Positions 54,830 to 63,511 are shown, numbered from the stretch's first letter. The stretch is 64,000 nt of DNA from a virus (IMGVR_UViG_3300031555_010392:1-64000), one strand, 5' to 3'. Numbers and translations: made by a program. Notes: generated by a model from the letters alone, not told the origin.

Positions 54830-55632
54830 AGATGCATACCTCTTTCGTTAATTTAGTAGCGTGATAGTCAATCAGCGCTCTATTGGGGGCACAGCTATTG
54901 CGTGGGTAGATAGACTGTGCCCTGGGTAGAACGTTGAACCTTGTTTGATGCATACCCTGCTTGGACAGGAATCATGTGGACATGATTATCCTGCGGCACG
55001 TACTCGTCCCTATTCGTCGTGGGTCGAACCCGCACTATACACAGAGATGTAGCCCATTGATAGACAGATAGAGGGCATGTGTATAGCTCGACTTAGCCCG
55101 GGCAGGTAGAGGCATTTGTATGTGGCAGGCCTTGCCTTTGACGTCTTACATTTGGCCGTGCTGATGCCGTGCCCGCCGGATTCGCTAACCTCCGCCAACT
55201 CATTGCATGCCCTTTCGCGTGTCAAGCGCTATCGACACAGGCGAGTCATCTTCATTGATGGTTATTCTTCCCCTGCCGTTTTAACGCTGTCTAACCTTTA
55301 TTCGTCATGCACCCTGTCGGCATTGCTTCACGCCGTACTTTTCGCGTCAAAGGTGGATTCTGTTGTCAAGGTTCGCACGCTCCGGCACTTGCGCGGGTAG
55401 TGGTTAGACCACTACCAACTGATAAGTTAGACCTATCATGAACACGTTCGCGCTTTCGCGTGTGGGGTTTCCTGTGGTGTCTTTCCCTCCTCCTGTGGGG
55501 CTTGTCGTGTGGGGTTATTGGGTACGGTCACATAGTATCAGCTTACATTTTTAGAATCACCCGAATTTCAAAAAAGCGCTGAAAACCTTACTACGCCCCA
55601 AATTTTAAAAATTAAAACATCAAAAATAGCGT

Positions 55633-55676
55633 AAAAAAATATCACGGAATCCGTCAAAAACCGTGATATTTTTTTT
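55633..55676. terminator. bidirectional rho-independent terminator (A7-hairpin-T8)
   Basis: perfect 15-bp inverted repeat AAAAAAATATCACGG / CCGTGATATTTTTTT separated by 13 nt. Confidence 0.5.
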
Positions 55677-55779
55677 GATCCATGGGGGACGGGTTTTCAT
55701 AGGAAAATCAAGGCTTCCAGGGCCCACCGCCGCCAAGTTCGACCTTCTCATCTCTAGGCCTCCAACCGGCCTTTTCCGA

Positions 55780-56400
55780 CTATTTTCTCCTAAATTTCCG
55801 CCCTCCTACCTCACCACCCCTCGTTCCATTCCACCTCCATTTTTCTTCGGCAAAATCTTCAATCAATCTTCAACCCTAATCCCATCTCCACCCATCCCCT
55901 CATCACCCTCACAATCGCCCCACAACCCCATTCTCACCCCTTCACACACCATACCCTTATCCACCCCAACCCCCAACTGCACGCCCCTTAAAACCCCTTT
56001 ACAGGCCCAAATAAGCCCATAATAGTTATTTAATAACCAACCACCACTCTTAACCCTTTCAATCCCACACCAAACCTAACCCCTCATAAATCGCTCTATA
56101 ACCCCTTAATCAACCTCTCTCCCAACCTACCCTAAGCCCACTAACTCCACCCCAAACAAATGCCTAAAACACCCCTTAAAAGTCGAAATAACCCCATACA
56201 TTTCCCACCACTTAATCCGTCAAAAATCCAAACAAAATAAGCACTTCCACCCCGAAAGGACTCGAAAGTGCTTTAATTTATCTATAAAACTCCACTTAAA
56301 CTACCAATATCTTATTCACCAACCCAATCTGTCCACATTCACCATTCATGCCATTAGTAAAATCAGCTCCCAAAAACCCTCACATTTATTTTTCTAAAAC
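55780..56400 (+). repeat. ~620-nt non-coding region almost devoid of G on the plus strand (C/A/T-rich), with scattered CCCCTTAA(A) and CCCTAA repeats
   Basis: about 25 G in 620 nt; ACCCCTTAA x3, CCCTAA x3, CCACCCCAA x2; the only ORF here (55663..56022) is a Pro-rich composition artefact. Confidence 0.5.
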
Positions 56401-56412
56401 CATAAAAACCTA

Positions 56413-56441
56413 TTTACAAAATAACTAATATGTGATATACT
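56413..56441 (+). promoter_or_regulatory. sigma70-type promoter for integrase (TTTACA-17-TGaTATACT)
   Basis: 27-bp core TTTACAAAATAACTAATATGTGATATA identical to minus-strand promoter at 18717-18745. Confidence 0.55.
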
Positions 56442-56558
56442 AATACTACCGGATGGAGCAGCCAAGAGCATGCTCCTGATTATATTTCACTCATATCACT
56501 CGCATCTCACACCAGCCCATCACAAACTAATACCATCACACAGAAAGAGGGATATAGC

Positions 56559-57473
56559 ATGTCTGCATCCACAAATGTTACCTCTATCTTTTCTCACCCC
56601 AATTTTCCCCCTAATCCCACATCCGTCTCCCGCAAAATCTCTGGTCACATGACCAAGACAGTGCACCCAATCAAGTCTATCTCTCAGATCCAGGCACTTC
56701 ACCACAATCTGCTCACCAAAGCATCTACAGCTAAAACTCCCAACAAAGCTCTTCTTGCATATCGTAATTGGTTATTCTTTGCACTGGGTATCAACCTGGG
56801 ATTCAGGGGCGGAGATATCACTGAGCTTACCTGGGGAGATCTTCTCACTTATAACCCTCATACAGATACCTACGACATCCGAACTGATGAAAATAACTTC
56901 ATCCATGCAGAGAAGACAGGAAAAGCTACCTACATCATTCTGAATGACGAAGCCAAAGAATCTATCAAATTTTATCTCATAGCCACCAGACCATTAGGCC
57001 TAATCCCAAATCTTTCTTCACCCGTATTTGCCAGCAATAAATCTTCTGGTACCAAGGAAGCAAAAGTAACTGGTCATATTGACTGTGACAACATTGGCAG
57101 GATCATCAAAAAGGCAGCCAAAGAAGTTGGTATCACTCAGAATATCTGCACTCATTCCATGCGTAAGACCTTTGGCTATCACTACTATAAGAATACTGGA
57201 GATCTTATCACTCTGCAAAAGATCTTTGGTCATAGTACTCCTGCTATCACTCTCGCTTACATTGGTATTGAGATCGAAGAGTTAACAGCAGCCTATGGCA
57301 ATAAACCTGATACCTCTATTCCTGATCTCTATGCTTACACCTCAAATCTCACTAACAATCCTATACCTATCAACACAACTTCACCCACTGCAAAGCTCAA
57401 AGTGATCAAAAGTACTGTTACTCCTAATGCCATTCACACCTACAGTCCATACAGATATTCTAATGCATTATGA
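56559..57473 (+). CDS. int: tyrosine recombinase / phage integrase
   Basis: conserved R (GFRGGD), HSMRKTFGYH (HxxR), GHSTPAITLAYIG with catalytic Tyr; AGAGGG RBS; S/T/P/N-rich low-complexity N-terminus. Confidence 0.8.
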   Translation: MSASTNVTSIFSHPNFPPNPTSVSRKISGHMTKTVHPIKSISQIQALHHNLLTKASTAKTPNKALLAYRNWLFFALGINLGFRGGDITELTWGDLLTYNPHTDTYDIRTDENNFIHAEKTGKATYIILNDEAKESIKFYLIATRPLGLIPNLSSPVFASNKSSGTKEAKVTGHIDCDNIGRIIKKAAKEVGITQNICTHSMRKTFGYHYYKNTGDLITLQKIFGHSTPAITLAYIGIEIEELTAAYGNKPDTSIPDLYAYTSNLTNNPIPINTTSPTAKLKVIKSTVTPNAIHTYSPYRYSNAL

Positions 57474-57763
57474 TCTATCGCGCGGAGTACGGAGTGTGGA
57501 ATGCGAAGTGAAGCGAACGTAGTGAGCATAACGCAGCATGTAACACGTAGTACTACACCCCCCGCGCGATTCATGAATACTACTGGAATGAGCGTAGCGA
57601 ATTCCAGTAGTAGGAATACGGGGCCGAAGGCCCAATACGAATATAAGATAATATTTGTTTATAAATAAGGTGAAAACGAACACCCACTTTTTTGGGAAAC
57701 GCTTTCTATCCGTAAAAAGCGAATCCCAAATAGAATGGAATTCCGTTAACTAACAACATCTGG

Positions 57764-57771
57764 TGTATAAT
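57764..57771 (+). promoter_or_regulatory. extended -10 (TGtTATAAT) putative promoter for 57829 gene; -35 unclear
   Basis: TGTATAAT 58 nt upstream of start. Confidence 0.35.
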
Positions 57772-57828
57772 AATAAAATATTATACTAATGTCACAATAT
57801 ATTGTGAAAGAAGGTAATAATCATCAAA

Positions 57829-58554
57829 TTGGCGATCAACACCAACTTTTTTCCATGGGTAGGAGGGAAACAAGCTTATGGTTCTAAGCTGGAATTATTC
57901 TTAGCTGTTTATCTGCGATTTTGTGTGAATGAGATGGGTGTCTGCACAGTCTCTTATTCTGAACTGGCGGAGATCTTAGGGCTCTCTCTTAATGGGGGCA
58001 AGGCTGCACATAATGCGAGAGAAAAAATCAGTAACGTTATCAAAGGACTGGTAACGAGGGGAAAAGAGGATTTTCCTAACGACTTCATATGCTTTGGGGT
58101 GCCTAATAAAAAAGATGAGGACATCCGGATAAATGATGCATTCAAGATTCCTGTCAAGAGCATGAAGCGAGAACAGATACCTCCTTTTGTTGTGGTGGAG
58201 CTTGATGATTTTTTTAAGATCGTTTCAGCTGCAAAGAATGCAAGTATCAAGCCTGATGAATTATTCGCTCTTTATGTTTTCCTGAAGGGATGGATGCGTC
58301 CTGTTGCTTTTGATGAGGGGAAGGATAAGTCTTTGGGGTGCTGGTTATGCCGTGAGCAGATCACAACCTCGCTCCATATCTCAGTCCCTACTTATATGAA
58401 GTATCGTAAGATCCTTGAAGAGAATGAGCTTATCTTTTTTAAACAGGGACAAGCTCAGATCAGCCCTGCACTCTTTTCGACCACAAATAATCCAGCTATA
58501 TGGACGGCAATTGAAGACGCCATTTTAGCGGAAGACAATGAGGAGGTATCATGA
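57829..58554 (+). CDS. hypothetical DNA-binding protein (winged-helix-like CTVSYSELAEILGLS), start uncertain (TTG)
   Basis: HTH-like segment typical of replication-initiator/regulator N-domains; weak. Confidence 0.4.
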   Translation: MAINTNFFPWVGGKQAYGSKLELFLAVYLRFCVNEMGVCTVSYSELAEILGLSLNGGKAAHNAREKISNVIKGLVTRGKEDFPNDFICFGVPNKKDEDIRINDAFKIPVKSMKREQIPPFVVVELDDFFKIVSAAKNASIKPDELFALYVFLKGWMRPVAFDEGKDKSLGCWLCREQITTSLHISVPTYMKYRKILEENELIFFKQGQAQISPALFSTTNNPAIWTAIEDAILAEDNEEVS

Positions 58555-58856
58555 GCAGTATTTCCAAAACCAAAACCATCCCCTTAGACCAGGACTTTGA
58601 GGAGATACTTATTAGTGCTCTTAGATATGCGCTGGGACGCAACAGTTATATTGTTAAAATGACAGCAGAATACATTTCCAAATTCATCCCGGATTTGTCT
58701 AGTCAGCCGCTCCTCGTTATGCAACGAGATTTGCGCAATGAGCTTTATCAACCAGATAGTCGCTGGGCTTTTTCGATGGTGGATATTCAGACTTGGTTAG
58801 AGTTGCTCAGAAAAACAGAAGAAGAGTTGGATAAGAGAGGGTATTTTGTTGGATAG
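58551..58856 (+). CDS. hypothetical protein (101 aa)
   Basis: GAGGAGG RBS; ATGA coupling. Confidence 0.45.
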   Translation: MSSISKTKTIPLDQDFEEILISALRYALGRNSYIVKMTAEYISKFIPDLSSQPLLVMQRDLRNELYQPDSRWAFSMVDIQTWLELLRKTEEELDKRGYFVG

Positions 58857-59274
58857 AGATGATTTGTTAAATAAAGTTCGGAATTGTACGCCTTATTATG
58901 GATGGGAAAGTAAATATCCAGAACTATATGGAAAATATGGAATGGGCATATATGGGATTTGTGAAAGATGGCATTGGTTTGAAGAAGATAATATTACAAA
59001 TTATGCAAGAGAACATGGTTGCGCACCATTAACCGAGGCGACAAACGAAGAATTGTTATTAATGTGGGCAATGGCCGATAGCTATTGGTTGAGTGAATAT
59101 GAAAAATGGTACGACCATGCTTGCAAAAAGGCAAGAAAATTAGACGAATTCGTAGGCAAGTGTGAAAGAAAATATTTTGGATACGATGAAAATGGATATA
59201 CAGATAAAACAATAGATAGAGTTCTTAGTTCAGTATTTGAAGTTTTGGATAATAAATTGAATTTTACGAGGTGA
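58846..59274 (+). CDS. hypothetical protein (142 aa), TTG start
   Basis: GAGAGGG RBS. Confidence 0.4.
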   Translation: MLDRDDLLNKVRNCTPYYGWESKYPELYGKYGMGIYGICERWHWFEEDNITNYAREHGCAPLTEATNEELLLMWAMADSYWLSEYEKWYDHACKKARKLDEFVGKCERKYFGYDENGYTDKTIDRVLSSVFEVLDNKLNFTR

Positions 59275-59462
59275 TCTTATAAAAGCCCTAACAAAAGAAA
59301 AGCTAATCAAAATCATAAAGCAGTATGAGCACGATCTCATCTTTGACGACATGGACGATTTTCAAAAAATTTTTGATCGCTATGGAGATGAGTATTTTGT
59401 GAATAGAGACACCGGTGAACTGGAGCTGTACAAAAAGAACGAATCATTTAAGGAGGATAGGC

Positions 59463-59723
59463 ATGGGGAGAATCATTAAAGAATTTGAAACAGAGTACAA
59501 CGTTGGCGATGTTGTAGTGTACGAAAAGAATAATATACTGTTTGTCGGAATCATTGAGGGTTATTACATCGATGACAATAATTTTTGGTTCAACATCAGG
59601 GTTAACGACAATTTTGTGCACACCTATTCAAATGGTGGCGATGTCGCTGAATGGGATATTGTAGGCGTCTTGCCCGATGAATTGGCCAAGGACTGCAAGA
59701 AAAAAATTATTCATAACTGTTAA
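59463..59723 (+). CDS. hypothetical protein (86 aa)
   Basis: AAGGAGG RBS 6 nt before ATG; ORF-track GTG extension rejected. Confidence 0.45.
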   Translation: MGRIIKEFETEYNVGDVVVYEKNNILFVGIIEGYYIDDNNFWFNIRVNDNFVHTYSNGGDVAEWDIVGVLPDELAKDCKKKIIHNC

Positions 59724-59735
59724 GGAGGGATCTAT

Positions 59736-60467
59736 TTGATCTACATCACAGGAGATACCCACCGCGATTTTTATCGTATCGCTATGCATTGCCATCAGTA
59801 TGAAACCACAAAGGATGATCTGATGATCGTTCTTGGCGACAATGGCATCAATCTTCTTTCAAGAGATAGCGACACTATGCTCAAAGAGCAGCTTGAAAAA
59901 CTGCCCATCACCTTTATGCTGATCCGCGGGAACCACGACCGTCGTCCGGATGAGAGCGAGTACGAGCGCAAGTACATCAAGGGTGATGGCTACTCCGGCA
60001 TTTTCTTGGTCGAGCCGGAATATCCGTCATTGCTCTTTGCGATTGATGGCAATGCATACCAGATTCTTGGAAAGAATGCTGTTGTCATTGGCGGCGCCTA
60101 CAGCGTAGACAAGGATTGGCGCATTCAAAATGGTCAGCCTTGGTTTGAAGACGAGCAGCTGAGCTATGAAGAGCGCAAAGAAATCTATGAAAGCCTCATA
60201 TGGGCAAAACAGCATGATATTTCTATCGAATTGTTCTTAACGCACACTTGTCCTTACAGGTATATTCCGCGGGAAATGTTCCTTGGCTATGTTGATCAAA
60301 CTAGTGTGGACGACAGGATGGAAGAGTTCTTGGATAGCGTCTGGGAGTTGTTTGGCGAAGAGAGCAAATGGTACTGCGGTCATTGGCACACAGACAAGGC
60401 GATTGATAATGTGAGATTCATGTATAACGATATCATTTGTTTGAATGACGTTTATGATATCAACTGA
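59736..60467 (+). CDS. calcineurin-like metallophosphoesterase
   Basis: GDTHRD, GDNG, RGNHD, H...H motifs; TTG start after AAGGAGGGA. Confidence 0.75.
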   Translation: MIYITGDTHRDFYRIAMHCHQYETTKDDLMIVLGDNGINLLSRDSDTMLKEQLEKLPITFMLIRGNHDRRPDESEYERKYIKGDGYSGIFLVEPEYPSLLFAIDGNAYQILGKNAVVIGGAYSVDKDWRIQNGQPWFEDEQLSYEERKEIYESLIWAKQHDISIELFLTHTCPYRYIPREMFLGYVDQTSVDDRMEEFLDSVWELFGEESKWYCGHWHTDKAIDNVRFMYNDIICLNDVYDIN

Positions 60468-60478
60468 TTTTTTATGTC

Positions 60479-60510
60479 TGTTTTCAAAGCTTATAAAATA
60501 ACTAATAAAG
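60479..60510 (+). promoter_or_regulatory. conserved promoter-associated element (TTTTCAAAGCTTATAAAATAACTAATAAAGGAG)
   Basis: 28/30 identity to minus-strand element at 48498-48534. Confidence 0.35.
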
Positions 60511-60517
60511 GAGTAAG

Positions 60518-60922
60518 ATGATGGGAAATAAAGTTGAAGCTGTAAATCGCTTGGAGTTTATAGAATATGTCCGCTCAATCGTAAACAAGGTTAAGATGAA
60601 ACATATAAACGAGGAACAATACGTAAAAGACAAAATGGCTGCAGCTTATGAGGTCATTGCATCTGTCCTCGACGAGCTGAAAGAATTCAAAACCCTCGAT
60701 GTTTTTCCAATCATTCATGCCAAATGGGTGCTTGAAGAATCTCCCTATGCTGAACATGAAAGGGGTATAGATGGCGAGAGTCATCCGCGGTACGTGTGCA
60801 GCAATTGCGGTCATGAAGCTGGATTTGAATGTGATCCAGACGGCTTTGCAACATGGCAAGATAAGACACCATGGTGTGGCAATTGCGCCGCCAAGATGGA
60901 TCTGGAGGATAAGAATGAATAA
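60518..60922 (+). CDS. hypothetical protein with C-terminal zinc ribbon
   Basis: CSNCG...CGNCAAKM. Confidence 0.45.
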   Translation: MMGNKVEAVNRLEFIEYVRSIVNKVKMKHINEEQYVKDKMAAAYEVIASVLDELKEFKTLDVFPIIHAKWVLEESPYAEHERGIDGESHPRYVCSNCGHEAGFECDPDGFATWQDKTPWCGNCAAKMDLEDKNE

Positions 60923-61244
60923 CGGTTGGTTTGAAGAGAGAAAAGGAAAACACAAGCCGGAAGATTGTTGGTGTTATACTATTCGCTCCTATGATGGACA
61001 GGGTGGTTGCCTTGGGACAAAAGAGATTGATCCTTGTGAAGGCGAAAACTGCAAACGTTGGAGGTCTAAAGACCAAAAGGCTCGATGGGTTAAAGCTACT
61101 GGAATGATGCCACCTGAATTTCATGGGAGACCTCGGTGCTCTAATTGCGGCCATTTTGCAATGTGGTACAAGATTGGGCATGTGGAGCTGACACCATTCT
61201 GTCCTTGGTGTGGTAAGCCTATGGAACTGGAGGGGAATGAGTGA
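60915..61244 (+). CDS. hypothetical zinc-ribbon protein (109 aa)
   Basis: start re-called to MNNGWF after GGAGGA; CSNCG...CPWCG. Confidence 0.4.
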   Translation: MNNGWFEERKGKHKPEDCWCYTIRSYDGQGGCLGTKEIDPCEGENCKRWRSKDQKARWVKATGMMPPEFHGRPRCSNCGHFAMWYKIGHVELTPFCPWCGKPMELEGNE

Positions 61245-61390
61245 GACTAGCATATGGAATTGTTGCATGGTTCCTATGGATCTTATTCTTGGGGGCTTGC
61301 CTCTCAATAGGTGGAGGCGAACTTACGTATAATCAGATTTTCTTTTCAACTGCGATTGTAGCTGGAGCTGCCATGATGGGGAGGGATTGA
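61241..61390 (+). CDS. small membrane protein (49 aa), paralog of 63009..63155
   Basis: GTG start overlapping upstream stop; shared pattern YG(I/F)(V/I)A..W...L....C...AIV.AGA.M.G. Confidence 0.35.
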   Translation: MRLAYGIVAWFLWILFLGACLSIGGGELTYNQIFFSTAIVAGAAMMGRD

Positions 61391-61421
61391 TATAGATATT
61401 AAGGATTTGAAGAAGGCGCTG

Positions 61422-61598
61422 GTGGAGGTAAAGAAGATTTGCGACAACAATCGATGCGTGAATTGCCCGTTCCGCAAGATGGATGAAGTAGGCTTGCCGT
61501 ATTGCCCGATGCATGAGGATGATGACGGAAACGACATTCATCAGCCTGCATTTTGGGTTGTTGATGACTATGAGGAGGATGAAAATGAGGCCGATTGA
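61422..61598 (+). CDS. hypothetical acidic zinc-ribbon protein
   Basis: GTG start after GAAGAAGG; CDNNRCVNCP...CPMH. Confidence 0.35.
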   Translation: MEVKKICDNNRCVNCPFRKMDEVGLPYCPMHEDDDGNDIHQPAFWVVDDYEEDENEAD

Positions 61599-62025
61599 TG
61601 CAAACTCATTTGCTGTGCATGTGGCCTTGTATATGGCAGAAAACGCCTATTTGAATGATACGGCATTGGACGTTTTGAAAAAGGTTTCAAAGTGGCTTGA
61701 GGAAGAACCCACCCTTGACTACGCGCCTGTGAAGCGTGGGGATTGGAAATTAGAAGTAAACGCTTTTTATAAGGACAATCCTTTTGAGGAGATAGATCTT
61801 TGCATATACATTCTTGCCAAGTGTGGTAATTGTGGTCGTATGCATCCAGATAGTCATCAAGTGTATTCAAAAGATCTCTATGCTGAAGGAGACAATAACC
61901 ATCCATTTGATGTTGAATATGAGAAGCGGGTGGCACTTAAAGAATTTCGCGAAAGAGGCTATTTGTTCGCAAACTATTGCCCCAACTGCGGTGCTCGGAT
62001 GGATGGGAAGGAGAACAAGGAATGA
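61585..62025 (+). CDS. hypothetical protein (146 aa) with CGNCG...CPNCG
   Basis: GAGGAGGA RBS. Confidence 0.45.
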   Translation: MRPIDANSFAVHVALYMAENAYLNDTALDVLKKVSKWLEEEPTLDYAPVKRGDWKLEVNAFYKDNPFEEIDLCIYILAKCGNCGRMHPDSHQVYSKDLYAEGDNNHPFDVEYEKRVALKEFRERGYLFANYCPNCGARMDGKENKE

Positions 62026-62183
62026 TGTGGTTCTCTTTCTTTCTTACAAATACCACCCCTGTTATATGCCTGACATTACTAGCTATCCATTTTGACAAGT
62101 GGTGGATTGTGCTGTTTTCATTATTGTTTAGTTATTCTTTTAAGTCAAATAAGGAGGAGGATGAGAAGAATGAAAACGCCTGA
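62022..62183 (+). CDS. small membrane protein (53 aa)
   Basis: GGAAGGAG RBS; ATGA coupling; two hydrophobic helices. Confidence 0.3.
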   Translation: MMWFSFFLTNTTPVICLTLLAIHFDKWWIVLFSLLFSYSFKSNKEEDEKNENA

Positions 62184-62439
62184 ATATCATGTGAGTGCCG
62201 GAATATTTGGTGAGATATATGCTGGTACACTAATGCCTAAGAAAGACGGGAAGCCTCAAACGTGGAGGAATAAGTCTTGTGTTACTGATGAGGCCATTTG
62301 TGCCGTGAGGGATCATATGATGGATTCTTGCCTTAAAAAGAAAGAGGGTAAAACGGAAGGTGGCTACGAATGGAAACGCAAAGACGGTAAAAAGGTTTTG
62401 CTTCTTGTAAAGGTGGTAGATAGCGATGATGGAAATTGA
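62161..62439 (+). CDS. hypothetical basic protein (92 aa)
   Basis: AAGGAGGAGG RBS. Confidence 0.4.
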   Translation: MRRMKTPEYHVSAGIFGEIYAGTLMPKKDGKPQTWRNKSCVTDEAICAVRDHMMDSCLKKKEGKTEGGYEWKRKDGKKVLLLVKVVDSDDGN

Positions 62440-62887
62440 TTGTAGGAAATGCGTTAATTGCGATGTTGTAAAAGGCAATTGCAGAATGTTTGGTTCAGAT
62501 CCTGAAGAGGCAGTTAAGGCATGTGCTTCCTATGGATTTGAACACTATATCCCTGTTGGCGATAGACGAGTTAAGAAGTCACTTATCCACGGAACCCAAG
62601 CATGGCGCAATATCCTTATTGATTACGACAAAATGATTCAGGCGCCTGATATTACTCTTGAAGCGCTAAATAGAGTTTTTCGCTATGTGTGTGCCCTTGA
62701 ATCTCGTCTTAAGCGGGTTGAAAAGGAAAGGGATTCTGCAGTTGAAATGCTTTATGAATCTACCCCATGCCTTGCTTGCGAGCGGAAATGCGGCTCCATG
62801 TTGGATGAAAATTATATCAAGTATTGCGTGAATTGTTGTTTTGGAAGCGAGTTTGTCTATTCTCTTCCGCGTCCTAATGAGAAATGA
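62426..62887 (+). CDS. hypothetical Cys-rich protein (153 aa)
   Basis: AGGTGG RBS; CRKCVNC, CLACERKC, CVNCC. Confidence 0.45.
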   Translation: MMEIDCRKCVNCDVVKGNCRMFGSDPEEAVKACASYGFEHYIPVGDRRVKKSLIHGTQAWRNILIDYDKMIQAPDITLEALNRVFRYVCALESRLKRVEKERDSAVEMLYESTPCLACERKCGSMLDENYIKYCVNCCFGSEFVYSLPRPNEK

Positions 62888-63012
62888 CAGTAGTATTAGG
62901 AATAGTTATTATCGCTGCGCTTATTTTGGTTGCTGGAATGGCTGGCGCCCATGCCGTATGTGGTATCACAGATTGGATATATGATGAATTTATTAGGGAG
63001 AGTGAACGATGA
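62884..63012 (+). CDS. small membrane protein (42 aa)
   Basis: ATGA coupling; hydrophobic. Confidence 0.3.
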   Translation: MTVVLGIVIIAALILVAGMAGAHAVCGITDWIYDEFIRESER

Positions 63013-63155
63013 GATTTGTATATGGCTTTATTGCGGGTATCATTTGGATTGTATTATTATCCTGTTTCAACGATGAAAAGGCACTTTTGAATTCAGATAC
63101 GCCAATTATTACGTTAGCTATTGTTGTGGCTGGTGCTATGGCGGGAGGTGGCTGA
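63009..63155 (+). CDS. small membrane protein (48 aa), paralog of 61241..61390
   Basis: ATGA coupling; conserved pattern with 61241 ORF. Confidence 0.35.
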   Translation: MRFVYGFIAGIIWIVLLSCFNDEKALLNSDTPIITLAIVVAGAMAGGG

Positions 63156-63156
63156 T

Positions 63157-63498
63157 ATGGGTGAGTTGTCATTTGGCCCTGGTACGCTGTACTTTCAGAC
63201 CCTTGAAGGAATTGATGCGAAAATTGGCACGACAACTGAGGGCACTTTTGATTATGAAAACGATGAAGAAAAGAATCGTATAAGCAGTTTTCAGGTGGCA
63301 AAAGGGGCAACCTTTACACTGAATGCGGATTATATTAATTGGCGAGAATTGAAGAAGCTTTCAATTCTTACGCTATGGTGGGAAAAGTACTCACAATATA
63401 TTCATCTCGCGCGGCATGGGAAAAACAAGAGGATCAGAAAGAAAAACTATCTTAAAGCGATAGAGATACTTATAAGATTAAAAGAAAAATATTATTGA
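63157..63498 (+). CDS. hypothetical protein (113 aa)
   Basis: start re-called to MGELSFG. Confidence 0.4.
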   Translation: MGELSFGPGTLYFQTLEGIDAKIGTTTEGTFDYENDEEKNRISSFQVAKGATFTLNADYINWRELKKLSILTLWWEKYSQYIHLARHGKNKRIRKKNYLKAIEILIRLKEKYY

Positions 63499-63511
63499 TC
63501 GAGGTGAAAAT

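Noticed and set aside
55663-56022. 119-aa Pro/Ser-rich ORF in the control region
   Set aside because: It lies wholly inside the G-depleted C-rich tract. Its composition is an artefact of CCN/TCN/ACN codons, and it has no RBS.
55860-56140. Telomere-like CCCTAA repeats
   Set aside because: There are only three scattered copies, not tandem. They are more likely part of the general C-rich bias or arm-type sites.
58846-59478. -1 programmed frameshift joining 58846..59274 to the start-less downstream frame
   Set aside because: The geometry requires a +1 rather than a -1 shift, and there is no slippery heptamer or downstream structure.
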